From Octopus bimaculoides (Eukaryota), in contig NC_068982.1 in the NCBI RefSeq assembly GCF_001194135.2, forward strand, positions 30,120,501 to 30,184,500: 64,000 bases of DNA, in the 5' to 3' direction. The notes under the pieces were generated by a model, which worked only from the letters and a program-made list of their open reading frames with translations, had not been told where the DNA came from and made no database searches. Numbering within the stretch: position 1 is the stretch's first letter; each line of letters begins with the position of its first letter. Shown here piece by piece: positions 24,521-35,757 of this stretch. Both the position numbers and the translations under genes were made by a program.

Positions 24521-25749
24521 AAAGATGATAAATACGCATAAGTGTTGCAAAATAAGTTTAGTTACTAATAAACATCAACTTGGGTGACACTTTACTCAAC
24601 CGACAGAGGAAGGTGACTGATCAAACTGATTATGTATACAGAATTCTGATTGGTCAAAAGTGTCTTCTTGTCTCAAGCTCTGATTTTCTGCTTATTCTTG
24701 TTGGAACCTTTGATACAGACTATAGAAACTTAAATCCCAGTAACACTTACAAAATGTCAAGCAAACTTAAAAAATTTGTCACTACCAGTTTAACTGGGAA
24801 ACTAAACTGATAATTTAGTAACCTTCTAAAATAAACGATTAAAAATCGAAAGGAGAAAATAAATAGCTTTGCAAGTTTAACTCGGTGTTTATTGAACAAG
24901 AGAGGTGTGAAATTTAAGAAGCAATTTGTTTGAATATACACATCTGTGAGGAGACATTAAGAAGAATAGCAAAAATCTACTATACCAAAAGAACTGGTAA
25001 TACATACATTACAAATGTTCTATGAAGAGAACATAAGATTGCTGCATAATTCAACATGAGTGTGAAACGACATTAAACATCGTATAAGGTAAATGAAGGC
25101 TTCTCATATTCACTTTGTGAATTTACATGCACAAGGATGAATTATGATGTTGTTGTTGGCGTTAGATGCAGTAAAATATGGCTCAGACCATGATTACCAG
25201 TATGAGCATCAAACTTCAAAAAGTAGTTAACCATTTAATGGTTTTAGTAAATTTATACAGAAAAAGAAAACTTTATACTGTCCAGCATAAATAAAAGTCA
25301 ATTTCATTATATTTTTTCTGTAAAAACCTATTCTGACATTAAATGAGTCAACTTCCGGTATGTCATTTTTCAGCAAAAACAAATTCTAATAAAATTCTGG
25401 AAACGATTTACTTGTGTAATTTATGCACCCTCTAAAGTTTATTTTTGTTTTTGTGAAAGACGTGTGTAAATTACATGTGTTTTTACAGTATATATGTATA
25501 TATATAATCTATGTGTCTATGTTTGTCCTGGTGTTGATTTGTTTACACCTCTAACACCAGTTGTTTGTTTGGCAAAAGCTATTGATAGAATAAGTACCAT
25601 ACTTAATAATAATAAAAGAAGAAAACAGTACTATTGTTGGTTTGTTTGATTAAACCCTTCTAGGCAATGCCCCTGCATGGCCACAGTCTGCTGGCTCGAA
25701 GAAAGAACGAAAGATAGAACTTGAAAAATTTTTTTAAAAAATATATAGT

Positions 25750-26072
25750 TCGGAGGAATCGGTGGAATGGTAGGCAAGGACGAATGAAGTGAGGTGGTAT
25801 TGGGCACGTGATGAGGAGGGATGAAGAGCATATTCTGAAGAGTGTGATTGTGTTTGAGGTAAATGGAGTACAGAAGTGAGATAGACTGAGGAAAATGTGG
25901 AGGGGACAGGTGGAGGAGGAGATTGGGAGGGTTTGTTCGAAAAAGGAAGATGCCCAAAACCAGGTAAGATGGTGAGATGAGATGAGGGCGGTTGTTATGG
26001 CATTGAGGTAGTTCTGGCCACCCCTGTTAACGGGGACAAAACCCGGATTTAAAACACTGGATGATGATGATG
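25750..26072 (+). mobile_element. RTE-clade LINE 3' end (ORF C-terminus plus tail)
   Basis: Translates with stops as RWYWARD/GHVMRRDEEHILKSVIVFEVNG..RLRKMWRGQVEEEI...DAQNQVRW, the typical RTE C-terminus. It ends in a (GAT)n tail. Confidence 0.75.
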
Positions 26073-26689
26073 ATTATGGCTAAAGCCTGAGTGTATTTAT
26101 TTGAGCTTAAAGGGTGAATGTTTGCAATGGAGTGAATTTTAGGAAAGTCAAGCATCAGCCAGTGCTGTGAAATCTGGTGTTGTGTCATTAGGTTTAATAT
26201 CTAAGCCAAATAATTATTTTATTTGAAATACTAACTGTTGCCACAATATATTATAAATATATTGAAAATATTCAAAGACTGACATCACAAGAGAATAGAA
26301 AGCATGATTTATTTATGAACGTATCCATATGTTTCAAATACTTTTTCTGACTTTTTTGTTTTTTTAGTATCTGTGGAAAGTATATATGCATATACATGTG
26401 TGTGTATTGCGTGCATGTATGTATATATACACACACAGATATATGACTCTTTAACTAGTTTCATGCTGGGGCGCCACCCCTGGCTTTGCTACATCTTCAT
26501 TATTTGAAACTTCCCATGTATGTATGTATGTGTGTGTGTGAATGTGTGTGTGTGTGTGTGTATGTTGCGATGAGTAAATTGTTGCCATTTTACATTTTTA
26601 ATTTCACGCATGCACATTGTTTGTTTTTGATTTTGTTGACTACACAGTATAATAGGGTCAGTTGAGCACCATGTGAGAAAAACTGCACC

Positions 26690-26940
26690 GTGATGCAGCT
26701 CTGCCTGAAATTTGGAAACAACAGGCTGTACTGCTTGGCATTCATGCTGGAATCTCCAATACAAACATTTCAGAGTGTTTGGGTGTCAATCTGAGGATGG
26801 TGCATGTACCGAGAGTGATAAAAATTAAACATCCAGCCAACATCATGGTATTTGGAGTGATCACTAGTGATGGCGACGTTATGCCTCCATTCTTCTTCCC
26901 ACACTGCCTCACTCCACACAGAGGCTTACATCAAGTGCCT
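26690..26940 (+). mobile_element. Internally deleted Tc1/mariner-superfamily transposase relic, maT/DD37D-like
   Basis: Reads LPEIWKQQAVLLGIHAGISNTNISECLGVNLRMV (HTH-like) joined to VPRVIKIKHPANIMVFGVITSDGDVMPPFFFPH, then TEAYIKC after a frameshift. This resembles the K(H/F)PASVMV.G...G.VMPP.FF...N.E.YI region of maT-type transposases. Confidence 0.8.
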
Positions 26941-28528
26941 ATAGTATCATCATTGTCGTCATCGTTTAACATCCGTTTTCCATGCTGGCATGGGTTGGAC
27001 GGTTTGACTGAGGGCTGGCAAGCCAGAAGGCTGCACCAGGCTCCAATCTGATCTGGCAAAGTTTCTACAGCTGGATGCCCTTCCTAACTCCAACCACTCC
27101 GAGAGTGTATCTTATATATGAAATAAAGGTACAAAAGCAAGCTTTTAGTTAAATTCTTTTATTTCCAAATTTTTTGTGAAAAATCTATTCACAACTAATA
27201 TGCCTTGTCTGCTTGTTTCCTTCAAAAGAATTAAAAAATTTTTCCTACCTTCTTGTACAACTTAAGGCGACATAAAGTTGGCTGTGACTAAATATGGGAA
27301 CTGGCAAACAAATAACTTTTTTTGAGAATGCTGGTTAGTTTATGTATAGTTACTGAAAGAATGCTGGGTAAAAATAAGTATTACATACACATCTGCACAA
27401 GCATATACATAAACAGACTCCTTAGAGAAAATAATTATTACATGCACACATTTGTGTGTGTGTGTATGTATGTGCATGCATGTGCGCGTGTGCATATGTA
27501 TACATTTATATGTATGAGTAGCACAGTCTGTAGTGAACACAGTTTTCTATACATTGTCACAGCCCCTTTCCTTCCTTTTTAAGTGTGTCTGTTTATATAT
27601 ATATATATATATATGTATGTGTAAATGCGCCTGTGTCTGTAATTCTATTTTCTATGTATCTTTCTAAATAGACATACACAAACACATATACACTCATTCG
27701 AATATAATATATAAATATACTTTACAGAAACACACATATGCTCATATACTCATACAGTTGAAGCGCTATTTGATTTTTTTTCTACTGTAGAATTTTCACC
27801 ATCCCACTTTCATTGGCAGATATATAAATATATATTACACAAACATGCATCTACAAATACACAAACATTCACATATTTCATAACCCATGTGCGTAGCCAA
27901 TATCACTATACATATACACACACAGATGCTGTTCAGTTTGTCATCACCCCTTCCTTGGTCAATCATATCTCATGACAGGCAAAAACAAGAGAATTATGTA
28001 TCAGTAGATTTTCATTTTTTTTGCCATGTAGGGACACAAATCCGGATTTGTTTTCAAGTTATTCTGACCTCATTGTAGCAGAGCGTTGACTATAATTACT
28101 GAAACAGTATTGTATTAACCATGTAAATATACAAGATTATACAATTATTTGGTTGTACATTTATATATTCATTCATCACAGATTTCCCTTGATGTTTTCC
28201 TTTAGCAATTCTTCCTCCTCTCCTGATTCCAAACAAGATATATTTACTTCTCCTTTGTTGAAATTTTCTATTTCCCAGTCAGAAAATCATATGAGAATGA
28301 TTGATAACTTTGTGTCATTAGTTTTTAAATAAAAACCGTGTTTGTAAGATAAACATCAGAACGCTTTTTATTCTGTTGTTTAATTTAATTTCATTTATTT
28401 TTGTCATGTTCTTTTTGTATTAACTTTTATACAGATAGCTGGCACTAATTAATATTAGAAAACTTAAATTGCTCTTATATATAACTGAGATAATTTGTGT
28501 TAATTATCTCCACTATATTTATTAACAG

Positions 28529-28644
28529 TTATAGATCATATGACTGACGTTGAGTCTCTTGTGAAAATTTCAAAGGATCTGAATTCAGAAGTATTTAGCA
28601 GATTTGATTACATTGAGCACACATACAAGGCTTTAGTGTATTAG
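28529..28644 (+). CDS. Candidate coding exon, IDHMTDVESLVKISKDLNSEVFSRFDYIEHTYKALVY*
   Basis: Tandem acceptors ttattaacag/ttatag, followed by an open frame of protein-like composition ending in TAG at 28642-44. A possible internal donor GAA|GTATTT exists. Not recognised. Confidence 0.3.
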
Positions 28645-29046
28645 AATTTTATAATTTGAGTGAAGCTCTGTATATTCCTGAATGATTTCTATTACTATTT
28701 CTCTTTGACTGTAACAGTGATGAAATATCTTTGGGGATTCATACTTGAAAGAAACTGTTAGTTGTTTGCTTCGTTTCCCTTTGCTAACATCTATGGTATT
28801 AACTATCACAGTCTTCATTCATCAACTTAGTACACCAATGTCCACACCTCTTACCTCCTGTATTAAATTTTTCAGTCATATCAAATTAGAAAGTGAAGTT
28901 TGTTAAATATTGGTTTTCCTTGTCAAAAGTTCAAAACTTCTGTCTGTCTTTTAAAACTAAAAGGATGAATAATTTTGTCCAGTTTACTGAAGTTTTTGTT
29001 TAATTCTGCATTACTTTGTCATAAATCTTCATATTACATCAGAAGC

Positions 29047-29327
29047 TACAGTGAGACCTCACTTTATGAATTCCTCCCATCACAAACAAATTGGCTTATA
29101 AACAGTTTTAAACATGCATCTCAAGTGACAAACATGCAAGCTGGCAACACCAGTTGGCAGTTGGCAACAAACTGTGAATAGCAGAAGGACATCAGTTGCT
29201 GTCTAGCCTTCATACAGTGTACATCTTTGCTAATTTTCTATGGGAGAAATAGTTTTGGTTTACAAACATTTTAGGTGATGATCAGCCTTAGGAATAAATT
29301 AAATTTTCAAAACAAAGTTCCACTGTA
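29047..29327. mobile_element. pogo/Tigger-like MITE
   Basis: Ends TACAGTGAGACCTC / AAAGTTCCACTGTA are degenerate TIRs with TA. Confidence 0.5.
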
Positions 29328-29769
29328 TTTCTAACTATTTGCATTCCTTCTCTCAGTCTAGGATTCTTTGCTGCTTGTTTTTTTTTGTTTTTTTTTATGC
29401 CTAGCCTCAGTCGACCATAATTGAGTAAACCTATTAGCAAAGGTATTCCAACCGTGCCTTATTTCATCTCTTTGTATTTTTAAGCGTTCATTATCCAATG
29501 TGTTCTTGAAAATAGCTGAGTATAATAATATAAGAGAGACATAACTGCTATTTCTAGCAGACTGAGAGCAGTTACGAAAAGGCTTCCCCCATTGGCTTCA
29601 AATGGTCTTACCTAATTTATTTGCTACATTTTAATAGGTCTTTTCAAGATTTGGNNNNNNNNNNNNNNNNNNNNNNNNNNNNNNNNNNNNNNNNNCTACA
29701 TATTACACTTGTGTTTATGAGTTTTGTAGGACATTGATACAAAGAAAAAGAAAAATGATTACATGCACA

Positions 29770-30195
29770 GGAATAGCTGTGTTGAAAAGTTTGTTTTGTA
29801 ATCATGTAGTTTCAGGTTCAGTTCCACATAGAAAAATGGCTTTTGCTATAGTTCCAGGTTGACCAATGCCTTGTCAATGAACTTGGAAGACATTAACTGT
29901 GTAGAAGCCTATTGTATATATCTATGTCTGTTCAGTCTATCCATTCGTCCATCTGTGGCTGTTTGCATGTGCGAGCGCACACATCTTTGTGTTTGCATTT
30001 GTCTCCCATTCACCTCTTGATGACCAGTATTGGTTTTGTTTACATCCCTATAACATAGTGGTTAAGCAATGGGGACTGATAAAGCAGCAGATTTAAAGAG
30101 AAGGTAACTGGGGTTGATTTGTTTGACTACAGCCCTTCAAAGCAGTGTCCTACCATGGCTACTACAGTCCAATGACTTAAACAAGTAATAGACAA
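29770..30195 (+). mobile_element. SINE family A, decayed
   Basis: Head, microsatellite and tail are recognisable, followed by poly-A. Confidence 0.7.
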
Positions 30196-32044
30196 AAAAA
30201 AAAAAAAAAAAAAAAAAAAGAAAAAAAAATGACATGCTTCATTACATTTGAGTTTACGTCATTTACCTTGAAATGAAAAATTTTCCGAGGCATTCAGAAC
30301 ATAAAGTCATGTCTCAAATTCATTTGCATTGTCTTTCCAGTCAACCCCTCATGCAGCCACTAACAAAACTCTACCCCAAGCATACCAATTTCATTGTAAA
30401 CATTCAAACATGTGACCATGCAAGTCAACAGCATGCTGAAATTACCTGGAAATTACATAGAGTTTATTTAACATTTAACTAATAATCTCCACCGCACTAT
30501 TTATGAGACTGGTTACTCAGGATTGATTTGAGCTGATCTGATTTTTTCTGATGTCTTTATCTTGGTAACCTCATTACATTAGTAGAATCTCCTCTAATAC
30601 AATCAGCACTGCAACACCGCTTTAATATTTGTATCTGTGAAGCTTGACTGCTTATCATTATGTCACTGTTCTCTTTGATCCATTATTCGTGTTCGCAGAG
30701 TTTTCAATCGTTTTGCAAAGAATATACAAATATAAGTAGAGTAATCGATAGATAATTTTGCAATCATTTGGCATTTGTATGCATGAATGAACCACAGTAA
30801 GCATTTAAAACATAGTGCATTGCATGTGAAGTCAGCTGTGAGATGGCTAATGCTAGGGGAAACCTGGAAATTCCATAATGATTTCCATCGTCACCCCCAC
30901 CTTCCCCCCTCCAACCTCACCCCCCCNNNNNNNNNNNNNNNNNNNNNNNNNNNNNNNNNNNNNNNNNNNNNNNNNNNNNNNNNNNNNNNNNNNNNNNNNN
31001 NNNNGATCTATTGTTATGGTTAAATACTGAAATTGTCTGCTTTCCAATTAACTATGAAACAGAATAATAGACATTGTCGCTAATAGCATTGACTGCTACA
31101 ATAAAATGAGAATATGTGATGCACCATAGAACAAGGTATATGCACACCTGCTTGCAACATATATACAGATGCACACATAATCATATGCGCACACACACAC
31201 ACACACTCACACTCACACTCACGCACACACACTTTGCCGCATACTGCTACTCATGTTTCCTGCTTGGTTGGTTAATTTATCAGTCCGTTCTGTTTGCTTG
31301 AAAGCCCAGGCATAGGGTAAGTGCTTTCCTCGGCTATCAAATAATGACAAATGAGACTCCATGATCACAGCTGTGGCTATAAAATCAGAATGCTATTTTG
31401 TGAAAATGACTTTTTTTCTTTCCTTTTCGTTCATCTCATTGTATAAAGAATTTATACAGAAAAATCTATTTCAATATGTACCTAAGCTATTTTCAATAGT
31501 TCATCATTGTTGATATCTTTTTACATACAGCATATGATACAGATATTTGTGTGTATGTGTGTGTGTGTGTATGTAGGTAGCTATAGTGCTTTCAACTACA
31601 TTTCATACTTGTATATACACCTCTGTCACAATAAATTCTTGTTGAATTCCATAGCACTTTATTATTGTATGAATTTCGTGAGCTTGAAATGTTATATAAA
31701 TTGCAACTTTTATCTACTCTACCTTTAGTTATGTCAGAGACCTTTTGTATACATTGTTTGGAATATTCAGCTGGTATTCTTTTATTGAACGGTGCAACAA
31801 GCTTTTGTCCCCCATAAACATTAAATGTTGCAGCTTGATATGTTGTCACGTTATCTCTGCTTGGCCCCTGTGTAACTCAGTGATTCTCAGGATGTGACTG
31901 ACAGGTTGGAAGGGTTTTGAAGTCCAATAGAAAGGTAAAAAAAAATTGCTTTTCGAGTTCATTAGGAAGAAACCAAGGATTGGTGGATTTTGAGGTTGCT
32001 ATCATACAGCTTTAATTATAATAGCTTCATAATCAGAAATGTTA

Positions 32045-32245
32045 AAAAATACCATTTGATTTGAATGAAAGGAGCTTGTGAAAGGAGAAGACTCTGTAAA
32101 ACACGGAAAGAGCGGTGAAGGCTGATCTCAGGGAGACAATCTTGTAGAGGAGGTGACAAAACACTGCAGCAAAGAGCGAGGTGCTGTGCTGGAGAAGACC
32201 CATCTTACCTGTGCAGGCATGGGAAAAACCGACATAGAATGATGA
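32045..32245 (+). mobile_element. Decayed RTE LINE 3' end
   Basis: gtgaaggctgatctcagg...gagaagacccatcttacctgtgcaggcatgggaaaaaccgac followed by a (GAT)n tail. It shares this tail motif with other copies in the window. Confidence 0.55.
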
Positions 32246-32454
32246 TGATAATGGTGGTGCTGACAATAGCAGTTATAATCATAATGGTTGTGATGGTGAT
32301 GATCGCTCTGTCATCCTCAAACATTAGTAACTTTGTTGCTGCCACTGCTGCTAATACTCTTGCCATCACAACCATCTGTTGACTTGATAGGGTAAACATG
32401 ATGCTAGACAATAAAGGAAAGCACATTGGATAATGCAGTTATAGCTGTGCTTAA

Positions 32455-32960
32455 GTGCAGGCATGTCTGAGTACTAAAGAAACTCACTTTGTAAGTCATG
32501 TGGTTTTGGGTTCAATGCCATAGCATGGCACCCCAGGCAAGTGTCTTCTGCTATATTCCTGGGTCATTCAATGCCTTGCAAGTGAATTTGGTAGGCAGAA
32601 ACTATGTGAAAGGTCGATAAATTAAGTACCAGTTATGCACTGGGTCGATGTAATCGATTTAATCCCTTTGTTTGTCCTTGTTTGTCCCCTCAATGTTTCG
32701 CTCGTAGTGGGCAATAAAGAAATAAGAAACTATGTGAAAGCTTGTTTTGTGTGTGTGTGTGCATCCCCCCCCCACTTTCCCGCCAATATTGGTTTGTTTA
32801 TGTCCGCATAACTTAGCAGTTTGACAAAGGAGACTGATAGAATAAGTACCAGACTTAAAAACATGAGTTTTGAGGTTGATTTGTTTGACTAAACCCTTTG
32901 AGCTGGTATCTCTGCATGGCTGCTGTCCAGTGACTGAAGCAAAGTAAAAGATCAAAGATA
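32455..32960 (+). mobile_element. SINE family A with a family B 3' fragment inserted (about 32612-32728)
   Basis: The family A head and tail flank ggtcgataaattaagtaccagttatgcactgggtcgatgtaatcga, which also occurs at 61410-61520. Confidence 0.7.
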
Positions 32961-35069
32961 AGCTATGCCAGACAGGTAAAAACGCCAAAAGAAAGATGAA
33001 AAGAAAAGGTATTTATCAAAGGTAAAACACCATTAATCATTGGCCATTGGCATCAAGACTAACGTGCATCTTAACAACTAGAACAACAATAATTAATATC
33101 TAAAGTTCAAGGAGTCTGGTAATAGTCCATATTGGTAAAACAAGTTAATAATATCTTCCAAATAAATTGTGTACTGTGGAGACAAATGAGTTCTGATGTT
33201 TCAGCTTAGACACTTGAAGAAATGAGGCATGCAATTCTTCACATTAAGAACCTTCTAGAAAGTCTGCATTCACCTCCTCTCATGGCATGCAAATTCTATC
33301 TTATCATATTCACTAATGAATAGAATTGCATGCTCTTTACATATCTCATCTGTTGTATGAAAATTTTGTTTTAAAGTATTTTTTCTTCCCTACCCCTTCT
33401 TTCCAGTCTTTTGTTTCACATCCTTTGTCCATAACATATCTCAATGTGGTATGCTTTTATATACTCAGCAAAATGAAGTGAAGTACCCTACTTCAAAACT
33501 ATGTGGTTTTGGGTTCAGTCTTGCCGCATGACATCTTCAGCAAGTACACTTACCGAAGATGTCCTGCAGTAAAACAGAATCTAGTACTTGTAGGCCCAAA
33601 TTGACCGAGATTTTGTGAGTGAATTTTATAGGTGGAAACTGTAAAGAAGCTCATAGAATATGTATACACCAAGCTAAGTGAAATCTTAGTAATGGCCAGA
33701 GGTGGTAATGTGCAAAAGGCACCCATACCTGTGACATGTAAAATGCATTCATGATGGTGGTATTTAAAAGACATTCATGCCAATAACATGTAAAAGACAC
33801 CCAGTACACACTGTGGAGTGGATGGTGTTTGGAAGGGCATCCAGCCATAGAAACAAGCCAAAACAGACTGGAGTCTGGTGCAGCTTTCCAGCTTACCGGT
33901 TCCAGTCAAACTGTCTAATCCATACTTGCATGGAAAACGGATGCTAAATGATGTTGGTAGAATCTGTGCTCATGTAGTAGAATGTGAATGTACAGGATGG
34001 GTATTTCTCCTTAATTTAACATCACAGACTAACTGTAGAAAAGCTGTACTGCCAATCTTAACAAGTGGTGATATTAATTTGTAATTTTCTGTGAAAAAAT
34101 GTTCCAGAAAATGATATAATTATTATGTTGCTTAGAAACAGAAAGAGCATCTGGCTGTAAAAAAAAAAAAAATATATATATTTGAGTCAGCCATGTCCAA
34201 CACATGCAAGCATGTAAAAATTGATGAGATAGTTATCACCATGTTTCTCCAATATAGACATGTCATAATAAAATTGCATGAAGAAACATTAATTATTAAT
34301 TATACATTGTTTATTATACCAATAACGATGGCAGTTCCACTACATAAGTCTTCGTTAAATGAAATAAAGTAAAACAAACATAATTAAGTTAGTCTGTGAA
34401 TTTCCTTTTCTTTGATTTGTTAAACTCAGCATTGTCTGCACCATCTATCTTTACAAAGACTAACTCTAGCCGATTAAATGTCTGCGATTAGTTGTGGTTA
34501 ATGCGATTATAGTTTTACAGTCTATTAACTTCATCTTTGGAGATGAAATGTTCATCAGTATTGTGAATATTTACATCTACACTATATTTTGATTGGTTTA
34601 TCTTCAGTCATCATTAAATATTTTACTTTTGGATATCTACATAGTCCTTGACTGGATTTGAACAAGAAGATGTTATTTCTAAATTAGATATGATAAGATT
34701 TTTATCCACTATCTGATCGTCATTCTGTTTTGTTTTGATGTCCTGTTTGATGTTTTTGTATTGCACTTAATTTAATGGTTCTAGAAGGCAAGTATAGTTT
34801 CATTGAATGTATTGCTCAGTATTTATGTGTGAACATGTGTGTATGCGTGTGGCTATATGTAGAGTAGCTTGTGCTATATATATATGTGTGTGTGTGTGTG
34901 TGTTTATGTCTCCATGTATGTGTATAAATATATATGTCTGTGTGTGTATATATATGTATATATGTGCATGTGTATACACATACTCTTGATCTCAGTAAAA
35001 GCTGAAGTCCAGCTCAGATTGAGGTATTTCATGTATATGGGCAATATTAGTGTTGTTATATAAACACAC

Positions 35070-35108
<39 letters not shown>

Positions 35109-35157
35109 AACAATGTAAGACATTGTATGTTTGTTGTTTATGGTGTATTTTATTTAT

Positions 35158-35757
35158 TTATCTTTTGTCTTTCACTTCTTTTAGTCATTAGACAGTGGCC
35201 ATGCTGGGGCACCACCTTGAAGTGTTTAGCTCAACAAATTGACTCCACTACTTACAAGGGGGTACTCAAAAGATTTTGGCTTCAGGTAAAAGAAAATACA
35301 GGAGGATCAATTAATTATGATTTTATCCAACATATTCCCATCTCAGATTCAAACACTTATTGCAATGGTTATTCAGTTTTTCTAAGCCTTGTTAAAGAAC
35401 TTGGAAGGTTGGTTCACCAACCATGCTTTTCAATATGCCCTTTAAGCCAGGAACTTTTTAGCACCTCCTCATATGTTTTGAAGTGTGGTACTTAGTCTGT
35501 TGGTCTTTTTTTTGCCAAACTGCTAAGTTACAGAGATGGAAAGAAACAAACAGAGGTTGTCAAGTGGTGATATGGGACAAGAACAAACACACAAACAATG
35601 GGCTTCTTTCAGTTTCCACCTACCAAATCCACTCACAATGCATTGGTTGACCTGAGGGTATAGCAGAAGACACTTGCACGAGGTGTCATGCAGTGGAACT
35701 GTACCTAGAACCATGTGGTTGAGAAACAAACTTCTTACCACGCAACTACACTTGCAC
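35158..35757 (-). mobile_element. SINE family A, inverted, interrupted by a MITE
   Basis: Tail at 35158-35250, body and head at 35480-35757. Confidence 0.8.
35253..35473. mobile_element. Mariner-derived MITE inserted into a SINE
   Basis: Ends TACAAGGGGGTACTCAAAAG / CTTTTTAGCACCTCCTCATA form degenerate TIRs with TA at both ends. SINE sequence continues on both sides. Confidence 0.65.

Noticed and set aside
34530-34560. CTGATGA followed by a hairpin on the minus strand (possible second hammerhead)
   Set aside because: There is no GAAA directly after the hairpin and no stem I or cleavage triplet.
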